From: a virus
Taxonomy: Duplodnaviria; Caudoviricetes
DNA length: 64,000 nt
Direction: 5' to 3' (one strand)
Virus record (IMG/VR): IMGVR_UViG_3300033073_000492
Span: 1 to 64,000 of that record
Shown in pieces: positions 1 to 8,997 of the stretch. The notes below the pieces were generated by a model that saw nothing but the letters and a program-made list of their open reading frames with translations, searched no databases and was not told where the DNA came from. How positions within the stretch are numbered: position 1 is the first letter of the stretch; each line of letters begins with the position of its first letter. The translations under genes and the position numbers were made by a program.

Positions 1-1
1 C

Positions 2-751
2 CCATTACCCGTTCAACAATGTCAAGTACATTCACCTTATGGTTTTGCTGATACACAGCGTCAAGCACAACCTATTTGTCGTGAGGGTTATCTAGTCGCT
101 TATGACGCCCCTGTTAAGATTCCAGTCTATGTAGCGTATACTCTCAAACCAGAGAACGCTCTAGGCTGCTTTCCCCGGACAAACGCCTTTGTGGCAGACC
201 AGTCTGTGCAAGGAGGTGCAAGACCTGACGATTATGTTGGAACAGGATACGATAAGGGACACGCTGCGCCTGATGGTGACTTATCATACAATCAAATGGT
301 AGAGTATGAAAGTTTTTTAATGACAAACATGTATCCACAGCATGGAAGTCTAAACCGTGGAATTTGGAAATTACTGGAAACTTCAGTACGTGGCTGGGCA
401 GTACAAACGAACCAAAGCTATACAGTATACGTTGGAGCTATGTATGGCGCTTCTGACGAATCATTCAAAGGTATTATCATTCCTCATGCTTACTACAAGA
501 TTGTAATCAACAATCAAACAGGAGCTGTTGCTGGTTGGAGATTCCCTCATACTAAGCCATATGTTAACCTGGGCAATGACTTAACTAAGTTCAGAGTTTC
601 AATTCAACAGATTCAACAAGAAGCAGGTGTGCAATACAAGTTCCCGGCTAACGCTAGAGAATTGCAACCCGGACAAGAATGGCCAGTGAACTTTGGTGAT
701 TTAACTAAGGCGAAACGTGCTAAGTGCGGAGCTAATGCATCCGCAGAATAA
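2..751 (+). CDS. DNA/RNA non-specific endonuclease (NucA/EndoG-like), 5'-truncated by the window edge
   Basis: The frame is open from nt 2 (PLPVQQC...YLVAYDAPVKIPVYVAYTL). It has the DKGH active-site motif (DRGH-like), FLMTNMYPQ, LNRGIWKLLE and YYKIVI. Confidence 0.85.
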   Translation, partial: PLPVQQCQVHSPYGFADTQRQAQPICREGYLVAYDAPVKIPVYVAYTLKPENALGCFPRTNAFVADQSVQGGARPDDYVGTGYDKGHAAPDGDLSYNQMVEYESFLMTNMYPQHGSLNRGIWKLLETSVRGWAVQTNQSYTVYVGAMYGASDESFKGIIIPHAYYKIVINNQTGAVAGWRFPHTKPYVNLGNDLTKFRVSIQQIQQEAGVQYKFPANARELQPGQEWPVNFGDLTKAKRAKCGANASAE

Positions 752-1018
752 TCACTTGCCGATTTTGTCGTAATTGATTTTGTTAATTTGATACCATTCA
801 ATCCAAGTATCTGTCTTAACTGCACATTCGTAGTAAGTTGAATAGTTGATTGTGATGGTCTTACTAACATCACTTAATTTTGCCCCCTCTTGAATCTTCT
901 TCAAGTCGGGGCATTGTTCCATAGCTCCAGCCTTAACAGGTGCTTCAGGGAACTTAGGGATGACTGGTGGAGTTGTACAGCCTGCTAGTAATAATAGTGA
1001 TAGAATTAGTACTCTCAT
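752..1018 (-). CDS. o-spanin (Rz1-like outer-membrane lipoprotein)
   Basis: Signal peptide II with lipobox LLLLAGC, Pro-rich segment (TTPPVIPKFPEAP), extra Cys residues, and an ATGA overlap with the upstream TM/coiled-coil gene. Confidence 0.7.
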   Translation of the reverse strand: MRVLILSLLLLAGCTTPPVIPKFPEAPVKAGAMEQCPDLKKIQEGAKLSDVSKTITINYSTYYECAVKTDTWIEWYQINKINYDKIGK

Positions 1019-1443
1019 TTTGTTTTCTCCGCTGAATCATTGTGTGCTTTGACAAACTCTTTAGGAATCACACAGGTGTTATCATACTTGGTAACTTCTT
1101 TGTCAATGTATCGAGTAATGTATTCTTTCTTGGTTCTAATCTTCTCTACAGTTTTTGTAGCCTTAGAAGCAAGTTTGTCATTTAACTCTTTGTTCTTTTG
1201 TTCGTACTCGGCTGTTTGTTGTTTAGCTTCTTCGATTCTAGCTTGCATAACACTGTAATCATACAATGCGCCCTCTAAGAACAATGCGACAACTAAACCG
1301 ATGCTACCACCGATTTTTAACAACAATGTATATTGTTTAATTAGCTTGGCTTTGCCAAAAACAAAACCAAGAACCATAGCTGTTACGCTAAGATAGAATA
1401 ATGTATGGAAGATCCAATTGGGGGTAATTTCAAAGATGAACAT
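1015..1443 (-). CDS. i-spanin (Rz-like inner-membrane protein)
   Basis: N-terminal hydrophobic segments, then a coiled coil (QARIEEAKQQTAEYEQKNKELNDKL) and a C-terminal Cys (DNTCVIP). Directly precedes the lipoprotein gene. Confidence 0.65.
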   Translation of the reverse strand: MFIFEITPNWIFHTLFYLSVTAMVLGFVFGKAKLIKQYTLLLKIGGSIGLVVALFLEGALYDYSVMQARIEEAKQQTAEYEQKNKELNDKLASKATKTVEKIRTKKEYITRYIDKEVTKYDNTCVIPKEFVKAHNDSAEKTK

Positions 1444-1448
1444 GCACT

Positions 1449-1455
1449 TATTTAT
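1449..1455 (-). promoter_or_regulatory. T4-like late promoter element ATAAATA
   Basis: ATAAATA lies 5 nt upstream of the ATG at 1443; the same motif recurs before many structural/late genes. Confidence 0.6.
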
Positions 1456-2504
1456 GCATGGAATTCGTGAACCTTGTCAGAAATATACTCAACTTCCGAG
1501 TCTGTAAGTTCCGGATACATAGGCAAGCCCAAAACACCCCTAGAAAGCATCACACTAGTGCTCATCATGTCAGGTTTCGGAAAGTCTTTGCCGCTATCTA
1601 AGTCACCCAAAACATATTCATAGCTGATTTTACTAGTAATCCCATTCAGTACTAGATGTGTGTGCATTGAATTGCGGTCACTCATATAGATAACATACTT
1701 TTGATGTGCGTTGGCGACTGGTGAATCGCTTAAGCAAGTTAGTGGTAAATTTCTAAACGAGTCATTCCAGTATTTGGCTATCTTTTGTCTACGCAGTTGC
1801 CATCTATCTAGGTAACTTACACGAACCATGAGATGAGCGCAGTCTATCTCACTCATCTTGCTATTAGTACCCACTGTTTGAAAGTAGGGTTTAGAGTTAT
1901 CTTTGTAGTTTGATGCGTACATGTATAGGTGTTCATCGTTAGTAACTATTGCACCGCCGTTACCACTACTATTCAAGTTCTTAGTAGGATCGAAACTAAT
2001 TGCCATACCTAGGCCAACTTGACCATCAGCTACTAACCAATGCTGTGCCCCATCAACAATCACGTTATCACTTTTAAACAGTCTTTCAGACCAGGGCTTT
2101 CTTCCATACAATCCTACTATGCATGACAATGCGTTATCATACTCAATAACCCCAAAATTGTCTGTGTCGGCTAGTTCTATATCCCATCCTGCAGTTATAA
2201 ATGCGTTTAATGTTGCAGGGTATGTTAAGTTAGGTACTCTGATTGTAGGCTTAGCAATTTGTGTTCTCAATAGATATGAATGTTTATATCTAGCAATAAT
2301 CTCAAGTGCTTGAGTACCTGAATGCACAGTGATAGCATACCTAGTTTTAGTTTTATGCTTCAACCATTCTTCAAATGAACGAGTAAAATGGCCACCAACT
2401 AGTTGACCATCTTTCATTGCATCGTGAGTTGCGTTTAATAACTCAGCCCCTAGATTTTTATACTGTCTTTGAAGACCAGAATGGGGAACTAGTAAGCCAG
2501 TCAT
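1452..2504 (-). CDS. DegT/DnrJ/EryC1/StrS family PLP-dependent sugar aminotransferase
   Basis: Motifs SGTQALE, TYPATLNA, DGAQ, SFDPTKNL (PLP-binding Lys), GGAIVTND, NSKMSE and LPMYPEL. Confidence 0.92.
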   Translation of the reverse strand: MTGLLVPHSGLQRQYKNLGAELLNATHDAMKDGQLVGGHFTRSFEEWLKHKTKTRYAITVHSGTQALEIIARYKHSYLLRTQIAKPTIRVPNLTYPATLNAFITAGWDIELADTDNFGVIEYDNALSCIVGLYGRKPWSERLFKSDNVIVDGAQHWLVADGQVGLGMAISFDPTKNLNSSGNGGAIVTNDEHLYMYASNYKDNSKPYFQTVGTNSKMSEIDCAHLMVRVSYLDRWQLRRQKIAKYWNDSFRNLPLTCLSDSPVANAHQKYVIYMSDRNSMHTHLVLNGITSKISYEYVLGDLDSGKDFPKPDMMSTSVMLSRGVLGLPMYPELTDSEVEYISDKVHEFHA

Positions 2505-3429
2505 AATATAATTTAAATCCTTCTTCTACGTCTACTTTAGGGTCGAAACCAAAATCTCTACGCGCCGCATCAATGTTTAACGCACCACGACTAGGGAAGT
2601 CTAAGTCTCTGTCGCCCATGATAATCTCACCTTTGCCAACTATCTTCAAAGTAAGATTAGCAGCCTCTGCCAATGTGACTGAGTGGCTTTTGGTGATGTT
2701 GTAGATTCTGTTGTCGGTGTTATCACTGAGGCTGGCTGCAACGATTCCTCTTGCGGCATCTTCAACATACGTGAAGTCGAGCGTTTCGCCGCCGCCGTTA
2801 ACTCTAATCGGTCTTCCTCTGATAGCGTTGAGTAAGAACTTTGATATAACTCTGTCTTCCACGTCAAGTGGGCCATATACAGCAGAGGGGCGTATAATAG
2901 TATAATTGAGATTGTCACGGCGGCTATAATCTTGTACAAGTTTCTCGCCTGCCAACTTGAGTATTCCATATTGTCCTTGAGGTTTACAGTCATAGTCTTC
3001 CTTCACATCATTTTCAAAGTCACCATACACCATTGAACTACTGATGTAAACAAACTTGCGTACATCATAGTTCTTGCTTGCTTCTAGTAAGTTAATCAAG
3101 CCTTCACTCATAACTCTACTACCCCATGCGGGGTTACTATTAACTACCTTCTGTCTTGGGAAACTAGCACAGTGAATAACAATCTCTGGTTGTTCGATGT
3201 TGAATACTTCATCCATGCGTCTTGCATCGCATATGTCGTATTCATAGAGTCCACCAACATCTTCAATCTTCTTTAAACGTTCGTCCATCAAATAGTCTAG
3301 TTCATCTTGTGGGATGATGCCATAGTTTGTTTTGATGTCCATGATAGACACAATATGTCCCATGTCTTGTAGTTGTTTTACTACATTGTGACCTATAAGG
3401 CCAAGTCCGCCTGTTACTAAAATGTTCAT
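2458..3429 (-). CDS. NAD-dependent nucleotide-sugar epimerase/dehydratase (extended SDR)
   Basis: GGLGLIG Rossmann motif, SSSMVYG, YGILK (YxxxK), RPSAVYGP and DFTYVEDAA. Confidence 0.92.
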   Translation of the reverse strand: MNILVTGGLGLIGHNVVKQLQDMGHIVSIMDIKTNYGIIPQDELDYLMDERLKKIEDVGGLYEYDICDARRMDEVFNIEQPEIVIHCASFPRQKVVNSNPAWGSRVMSEGLINLLEASKNYDVRKFVYISSSMVYGDFENDVKEDYDCKPQGQYGILKLAGEKLVQDYSRRDNLNYTIIRPSAVYGPLDVEDRVISKFLLNAIRGRPIRVNGGGETLDFTYVEDAARGIVAASLSDNTDNRIYNITKSHSVTLAEAANLTLKIVGKGEIIMGDRDLDFPSRGALNIDAARRDFGFDPKVDVEEGFKLYYDWLTSSPFWSSKTV

Positions 3430-3662
3430 TCGAATTTCAACTTAAAAAATGTTATTTCTTCTGGAGTAAGATATGCTTTGATTGAATATAAATATCCGTA
3501 TGTACTAGGGTCAATACCCCTAAGCCACATGGGTTCCGGTTTGCTATTCTGCATTACATACTTACCAGCTTCTGTTTGCTGCCACTCATAGATAGGTTGC
3601 GAAACCATTAAGTCAGGATCTTCAACGTCCCCCATTCTAATTTGTTTCACAATGTATTCCAT
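3426..3662 (-). CDS. hypothetical phage protein
   Basis: 78-aa ORF coupled to both neighbours (TAATG and ATGA overlaps). Confidence 0.75.
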   Translation of the reverse strand: MEYIVKQIRMGDVEDPDLMVSQPIYEWQQTEAGKYVMQNSKPEPMWLRGIDPSTYGYLYSIKAYLTPEEITFFKLKFE

Positions 3663-4573
3663 TAGACTGCCATCTTTGCTTTGATTGCATCATAACTCTG
3701 ATAGTTCTCTAGTTGAATATCATCAGGTGTGAACTCATTAATCTTATACTTGTTAGCGTTTAAGACTAGTGTTGGTAATGGTAAGGGTTCCCTAGCTAAC
3801 TGTTCTTTTACCTGTTCAACGTGATCCTTGTAGATGTGCGTGTCACCTGTTGATATAACTAATTCGCCTACTTTCAAATCACACACTTGTGCGATAAGAT
3901 GAGTAAGAAGTGCATAACTAGCAATGTTGAAAGGTAACCCAAGGAAAACGTCAACACTGCGCTGATACATATGGCAAGATAGTTCTCTGTTTTTGTTAAC
4001 ATAAAATTGACTCATAACGTGACACGGTGGCAAAGCCATTTGGTCTAGTTCACCTGCATTCCATGCACTAATGATGTGTCTACGCCCATTAGGGTCAGTC
4101 TTTAACCCTTCAATGAGTTTTGTAACTTGATCCGTTTCTTTGATGTGAATCGCCCCGCCCCTATCGTATTGATTCCCGAAGTCGTCCTTAAACGTTTCTT
4201 GCTTATGCGTAATAGGGGTTTGCCAGTGACGCCACTGTACTCCGTATACACGACCCAAGTCTCCTTCGTATTGTGCTTTGGGCTTCCAATACGGCGCAAG
4301 CGCATTTGGCGTCCAGATTGTAACTGTACCTTCTCTTGTTCCGTGTGTAAGTTCTGCAAGTCGTCTTTCATCACTAGACCCTTCCAGAAACCAAAGAAGT
4401 TCACCCTTACAAGCGCGCCATGCCAACTTCTTAGTAGTGACGGCCGGAAAGCCCCCACGCAAATCAAAGCGAAGATTACGTCCAAAAACACTAATGGTGC
4501 CCACGCCAGTTCTATCATCTTTTATTTCTCCGTTATCTAAAATATCTTGTAGTAGTTCTAAGTATTGCTTCAT
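3662..4573 (-). CDS. thyA: thymidylate synthase
   Basis: DRTGVGT, ELLWFL, RRHIISAWN, LPPCH (catalytic Cys), YQRSVD and GLPFNIASY. Start placed at MKQY (ATGA overlap with the DHFR gene). Confidence 0.97.
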   Translation of the reverse strand: MKQYLELLQDILDNGEIKDDRTGVGTISVFGRNLRFDLRGGFPAVTTKKLAWRACKGELLWFLEGSSDERRLAELTHGTREGTVTIWTPNALAPYWKPKAQYEGDLGRVYGVQWRHWQTPITHKQETFKDDFGNQYDRGGAIHIKETDQVTKLIEGLKTDPNGRRHIISAWNAGELDQMALPPCHVMSQFYVNKNRELSCHMYQRSVDVFLGLPFNIASYALLTHLIAQVCDLKVGELVISTGDTHIYKDHVEQVKEQLAREPLPLPTLVLNANKYKINEFTPDDIQLENYQSYDAIKAKMAV

Positions 4574-5025
4574 TTCTTTTTCCAAATTTGATACACATGG
4601 TCTTCATTAACTTCTGAGTACTCAAGTGTGTAATTACGTTCTAAGTATAACAAATCAATATAGGTATCACAAGTGTATTCGGCAAATGTTTTAGTAAGAT
4701 GTACTTCATCTATCATGTGCCAATTTGTGTTGATTAGTTTTGCACCACCTATCAACCAAGCATTTTTAAACTCAGTGAAATGGTTCAAGTTGTTGACAGA
4801 TATTGCACCTATCGGCAATACTGTATCTCTGCTAGTGACTACGAAATTCAATCTACCTAGTAATGGTTGTTTCGGTAAACTGTCCCAAGTATTACGACCC
4901 ATGACAATAACTTGCCCATCTGTCAAACGTTTGAATCTTGGCAAATCGCCCTGAATTTTACTCCAGGGCAATCTGTTTTCATAGCCTATTCCTCCTTTAG
5001 GATCACAAGCTATAATTGCTTTCAT
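4570..5025 (-). CDS. folA: dihydrofolate reductase
   Basis: GIGYENRLPW, DLPRFKRLT, VMGRNTWDSLP, LLGRLNFVVT, IGGA and CDTY. Confidence 0.95.
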   Translation of the reverse strand: MKAIIACDPKGGIGYENRLPWSKIQGDLPRFKRLTDGQVIVMGRNTWDSLPKQPLLGRLNFVVTSRDTVLPIGAISVNNLNHFTEFKNAWLIGGAKLINTNWHMIDEVHLTKTFAEYTCDTYIDLLYLERNYTLEYSEVNEDHVYQIWKKK

Positions 5026-5321
5026 AATTTATTTAATAACCTATCTGTCTCTGGTTGCACTATTTGTGCAATAGCTTCGATGTTCAGCACAATCTCAAAA
5101 CTAATCATGTCGTCATCTAACTCATTCAAGTTACGTGCAACGACTTCTTCAACTTCTTCTGGTTCCAAACCTTGTTTGAGTAAAAGTTGAACGTTGATTG
5201 TTTTTTGTTTTTTGCCTACCAGTCTTACTACTATCTTTTTTATAAATTGAATGGGAGGAATAGATTTCTTATCCACACCTTCTAAGATGTGCTCCCACTT
5301 CCTTAAGTATTCTGGAGTCAT
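5022..5321 (-). CDS. hypothetical phage protein
   Basis: 99-aa ORF with an ATGA overlap to DHFR. Confidence 0.75.
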   Translation of the reverse strand: MTPEYLRKWEHILEGVDKKSIPPIQFIKKIVVRLVGKKQKTINVQLLLKQGLEPEEVEEVVARNLNELDDDMISFEIVLNIEAIAQIVQPETDRLLNKL

Positions 5322-5325
5322 TTAA

Positions 5326-6018
5326 TTATGCAAATGTTGGTGTCTTTGCCTTTGGTGGTCGACCTCTGCCTCTTTTAACTGGTTCAGTAGTTTGTGTTGT
5401 TACCGGAATACCTAACATTTCGTTGGCTTGTTGCTCTAGTCGTGCGCTTTCTGCTAACAAACCTTTTGCTTCTGCTGCCATTCTTTGTGCTTGCATAATC
5501 AAATTATTTGCTAGTACGTTATCACCTAAAACACCCTGTGGTGCATTAGTTACTGGTGGCAAGTCTCGTGCGGCTTGTTCACCACGCATCTTACGTGCAA
5601 TTTCAGCAGGGTCTTGCATACCACGGCTAGAATCAATTTCTGCTAAACGCTTAACTGCTTCTTCACCTTGTTGCATCTCATCCAAAATCTTATTCAACTC
5701 ATCCAACTTAATGCGTGTAGTTGGGTTTGGTGTGACTACGACTTGTGATGTTTGTACTTTCTTCAACAAACCCTGACTATGCAAAACTTGTAGAATAAAC
5801 TTACCATCTTTAGTATGAGTACGATTCAATGCGTCAGCTAAGTTCTCACTGCTCTGACCGATATCGCTCTCGATACACTTCATCATCGGGTCATGGATGT
5901 GAATGTTCAATGTTTCAGTATATGTAACTAAGCACATGTGTGGCTCATTAGGTACTTCTCTAAAAATGATAGCTACCTTTCTATCACCATGTTTACCGAC
6001 GTGTCTTAAAAAACTCAT
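5326..6018 (-). CDS. hypothetical coiled-coil protein with C-terminal AT-hook-like motif
   Basis: SD AAGGAG; heptad-rich helices; C-terminal KRGRGRPPK. Confidence 0.75.
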   Translation of the reverse strand: MSFLRHVGKHGDRKVAIIFREVPNEPHMCLVTYTETLNIHIHDPMMKCIESDIGQSSENLADALNRTHTKDGKFILQVLHSQGLLKKVQTSQVVVTPNPTTRIKLDELNKILDEMQQGEEAVKRLAEIDSSRGMQDPAEIARKMRGEQAARDLPPVTNAPQGVLGDNVLANNLIMQAQRMAAEAKGLLAESARLEQQANEMLGIPVTTQTTEPVKRGRGRPPKAKTPTFA

Positions 6019-6079
6019 ATTAATCTCCTTATGCCCACTGGGCTAAAGATATTTAATATGATTTAATTTAATTGAAAAA

Positions 6080-6340
6080 TTATTTTGAGCCGCTCCAGCG
6101 CAATTCATACATCATTGCGTCTGCAGGATCTTCAAAGTAGAAGATTTCGGTCAAACCGGTAGACAACACTAAGCCGTCATCAATATCAGCACCAGTCATG
6201 ATACCGAATCTACCGGTTAACTTACATTGAACCCATTCATATGCACCCTCTGTACCGGGTGTGGTCGCTCTTACAAAGTGTTTGGGGATAGGGTTTACTT
6301 GCCTTTTCCCAAACCACACTAACGGACTGATATCTCTCAT
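6080..6340 (-). CDS. hypothetical phage protein
   Basis: 86-aa ORF with an ATGA overlap; ends FEDPADAMMYELRW. Confidence 0.75.
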   Translation of the reverse strand: MRDISPLVWFGKRQVNPIPKHFVRATTPGTEGAYEWVQCKLTGRFGIMTGADIDDGLVLSTGLTEIFYFEDPADAMMYELRWSGSK

Positions 6341-6744
6341 TTTGTAAGTGCGTCCAGCATTTTGTATTTTTCGTATGCTTCTACTACTGCTGGGGTATTA
6401 TTCCAACTCTTAGGCGCAAGTTCAATCCAGTTACCCGAACCACTCATCAACGGATGCACATAGCCGCCGCCGAAATTAGGAAAACATCGAGGTTGGTGAA
6501 TCTTACCAGTGTTGAACAAACGCATAGCCAACTCATTGACTTCTTCAATCGTTTTTGTTCCATCTACACTCAAATCATAGCTACTACCATTGCCACTATA
6601 ATAGTAATGTTCAAGAACCGGCAATAATCTCTCGGCATCAGGTGCCATTGTGCGGGTGATAATCATCACCACATCAGATTCGGACACTTCACCTGACAGG
6701 ATGTCCTTCAAGCATTGACCCAAACTTGTACCAATCAACATCAT
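6337..6744 (-). CDS. hypothetical phage protein
   Basis: 135-aa ORF with overlapping stop/start on both sides. Confidence 0.75.
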   Translation of the reverse strand: MMLIGTSLGQCLKDILSGEVSESDVVMIITRTMAPDAERLLPVLEHYYYSGNGSSYDLSVDGTKTIEEVNELAMRLFNTGKIHQPRCFPNFGGGYVHPLMSGSGNWIELAPKSWNNTPAVVEAYEKYKMLDALTK

Positions 6745-7073
6745 GTTATGATTTGCCTTTTAGTTTCACTTCTGTCAGAATAAATCTTCTCGCCATTCTT
6801 GCGAATAAATTCAACAATAGGCTGTGGATTTTCATTGAACGCATTACGTATACTTTCTTCTGTCACTCCATCGTCTGCGTTGAATGAATAGATTTCATAA
6901 CAACGCTGGCTGTTTACTCTAGCACGTAGCATCATCATTTGAATACTTGGGCCCTGGTCAAAAGATTCATCTTTCAATACTGCCCAAGTTTTCTTCTTAT
7001 GCCAATCAGTGACATTGAACAGGCATTCAAGCCCGTACATGTCCCACATTGCGAGGTAGGTATTAGTCGTCAT
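6741..7073 (-). CDS. hypothetical phage protein
   Basis: ATG at 7073 (MTTNTYLAMWD); overlaps the end of the small upstream ORF. Confidence 0.72.
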   Translation of the reverse strand: MTTNTYLAMWDMYGLECLFNVTDWHKKKTWAVLKDESFDQGPSIQMMMLRARVNSQRCYEIYSFNADDGVTEESIRNAFNENPQPIVEFIRKNGEKIYSDRSETKRQIIT

Positions 7074-7185
7074 GTTGTTTGATACCATCGAACATATATT
7101 TCAGTATCCGATAGAAAGCATACAATACACCACCTACACCTAGTACTAAAATAATTGTACCAATTGTTTCACCTATTAATTCCAT
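7063..7185 (-). CDS. small single-pass membrane protein (40 aa, not in ORF track)
   Basis: SD AAGGAG; translation MELIGETIGTIILVLGVGGVLYAFYRILKYMFDGIKQHDD; fills the gap exactly. Confidence 0.7.
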   Translation of the reverse strand: MELIGETIGTIILVLGVGGVLYAFYRILKYMFDGIKQHDD

Positions 7186-7194
7186 AAGTACTCC

Positions 7195-8496
7195 TTACTT
7201 TTTATGGTCATCATAGATTGCGAACTGACCGAATGGGGGATTCGGATTCGGGTCGCCATGAATGATCCAAGTTGTATCACAGTAGTCAGGGTCACCCCAA
7301 GAACCACAAGGGTAGCCGTCTGTGAAAACAATCAAACGTTTTGGCACGTTACCAACTTCTTTCAAGTAGTCAAAGATAACGTCAAAGTCAGTACCGCCAC
7401 CACCAACAGGTTCATAGTTCTCAATAGAGTCCATGTTCTCGCTAGTGAAGTCAGCTGGGTTGTACCACTTGGTATCAAAACAGAACACGTGAACTCGATA
7501 GCCATCGAACGCTTCCATCATACCTGCGATTTCACCCAAAAACGCTTGTGCTTGTTTGTCACTAATAGAACCTGACATGTCGATTGATACAACAACGTCA
7601 ATTTCCTCACCCGGTGTCATACCAGGCATAACTGCATCCATGTGCCAACCCCGACGACTTGGACGCATCCAAGAATAATCAGTGCGAATAGCACTGGTCA
7701 AGTTAGTCTGAATCAATTCACGCCAGGGCATTACTGGGTCAGTCATTTGACGAACCAAACGTTCTACACTAGCTGGCAACGAACCTGCTTCGGCTGATTG
7801 TGCCGCATTGATAATTGCTTGCTTGACTTCTTGACGAATGCGGTCACGTTCTTCTTGTGACATTTTAGGACGACCCTTGCCCTTCTTTTGGCCATCAGGT
7901 CCTTCACCATCACCGTCGTTACCTTCACCGTCATCTTCACCATCCATGTGGTCGTCAAGCAACATGTCAACGAGTTGGTCGATGTTGATTTTCTGAACGT
8001 TCTTCATCAAGTCATCATAGATTTCCTCAGCAGGCTTGCCGTCATACTTTTGTTCGTACAAGCAAGGTACTGTGGTAATGAACTGACCAACTTTGTGACG
8101 CTTCAAGTCGGCATTAACTGCATAGTCGTCAGCAACGTTCCAGATTTGAGGGTCACGATGATTGCGGCGACCCATATGGTCATAAACAACGTGTAGAACT
8201 TCGTGTGCTACTAAAAATTCAACTTCTTTCGGCTTCAACATCATAATGAAGCGGCTGTTGTAGTAGAATGTTTGACCGTCAGTAGCCGCTGTTGAACACC
8301 ATTCATCAGCATTGACAAGTTTCAAACGTGTGGCAAGATTACCGAAGAATGAATGACGCAACAACAAACCAATACGTGCCGTTACAAGTCGCTCACGTGC
8401 ATCGGTATCAATGCGTGTATCGGTGGGTCCTACTAGATTTTCAAACTTGGAGCTACGCTTTTTCTTAGATTTTGATTTGTCGAGTACTTCACTCAT
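7195..8496 (-). CDS. metallopeptidase-like domain plus C-terminal vWA domain (DUF2201-like), partner of the AAA ATPase
   Basis: TAATDG, HEVLH (HExxH), DYAVN, acidic linker, MIDAS motif DMSGS, GGGTDF and VFTDGY. Confidence 0.85.
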   Translation of the reverse strand: MSEVLDKSKSKKKRSSKFENLVGPTDTRIDTDARERLVTARIGLLLRHSFFGNLATRLKLVNADEWCSTAATDGQTFYYNSRFIMMLKPKEVEFLVAHEVLHVVYDHMGRRNHRDPQIWNVADDYAVNADLKRHKVGQFITTVPCLYEQKYDGKPAEEIYDDLMKNVQKINIDQLVDMLLDDHMDGEDDGEGNDGDGEGPDGQKKGKGRPKMSQEERDRIRQEVKQAIINAAQSAEAGSLPASVERLVRQMTDPVMPWRELIQTNLTSAIRTDYSWMRPSRRGWHMDAVMPGMTPGEEIDVVVSIDMSGSISDKQAQAFLGEIAGMMEAFDGYRVHVFCFDTKWYNPADFTSENMDSIENYEPVGGGGTDFDVIFDYLKEVGNVPKRLIVFTDGYPCGSWGDPDYCDTTWIIHGDPNPNPPFGQFAIYDDHKK

Positions 8497-8523
8497 ACAG
8501 GGTCCTTTTCAATGTAATGTCTT

Positions 8524-8552
8524 ATTATAACAGATTTCAGGATTATTGTCAA
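8524..8552 (-). promoter_or_regulatory. sigma70-type early promoter
   Basis: TTGACA-N17-TATAAT upstream of the vWA gene. Confidence 0.8.
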
Positions 8553-8554
8553 TA

Positions 8555-8788
8555 TCACTGAAGCCTACGGTCTGTGCGGTCTGATTCTTCAAAATGGTCA
8601 AGTAACTCCTGAAGTTCGTCCTCAGGCAAGTCCTCAACAGGAACCGAGTTCTCAAGGAAGTCACCACTTTCAAAAGCGGCTTCGATATCTTTAATCAACT
8701 GATCCAATTCTTCCTGCGTACCATCAAAGTGGTCGAAACATCCAGGTGCAAAAACTAGTTTCAGTTTCTTAGCTTCGTCTGTCATCAT
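8555..8788 (-). CDS. hypothetical acidic protein
   Basis: 77-aa ORF containing FAPGCFDHFDGTQEELD. Confidence 0.72.
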   Translation of the reverse strand: MMTDEAKKLKLVFAPGCFDHFDGTQEELDQLIKDIEAAFESGDFLENSVPVEDLPEDELQELLDHFEESDRTDRRLQ

Positions 8789-8949
8789 AGACCTCGATAG
8801 CCCATATCAAACGCAATACGTGCGTAGTCAGGAGCAGAATCAATACAATAAAGTGTTTCGGCAACACTCTTACTAAGTCCACGTGCGCGGGCACTTTGGC
8901 CACGTGTGTAAAAATACATTTTGCCTGTAAATGACTTATTACGCTTCAT
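8785..8949 (-). CDS. hypothetical protein (54 aa, not in ORF track)
   Basis: SD AAGGA; translation MKRNKSFTGKMYFYTRGQSARARGLSKSVAETLYCIDSAPDYARIAFDMGYRGL; ATGA overlap with the next gene. Confidence 0.7.
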   Translation of the reverse strand: MKRNKSFTGKMYFYTRGQSARARGLSKSVAETLYCIDSAPDYARIAFDMGYRGL

Positions 8950-8960
8950 AACATATCCTT

Positions 8961-8997
8961 AAAAAAAATGGGGTGAGAACATTATATCCTCACCCCC
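8961..8997 (-). terminator. rho-independent terminator downstream of the AAA ATPase
   Basis: Stem GGGGTGAG/CTCACCCC followed on the minus strand by a run of 8 T. Confidence 0.75.

Noticed and set aside
1436-1462. Palindrome CATGCA...TGCATG at the DegT/spanin junction as an operator
   Set aside because: The 6-bp arms are constrained by coding sequence and the start codon, and the motif is not repeated elsewhere; the enclosed ATAAATA explains the site.
3662-4573. ThyA homologue as dCMP/dUMP hydroxymethylase for DNA hypermodification
   Set aside because: It has canonical ThyA motifs including the dUMP-specifying Asn and is coupled to DHFR, as expected for ordinary dTMP synthesis.
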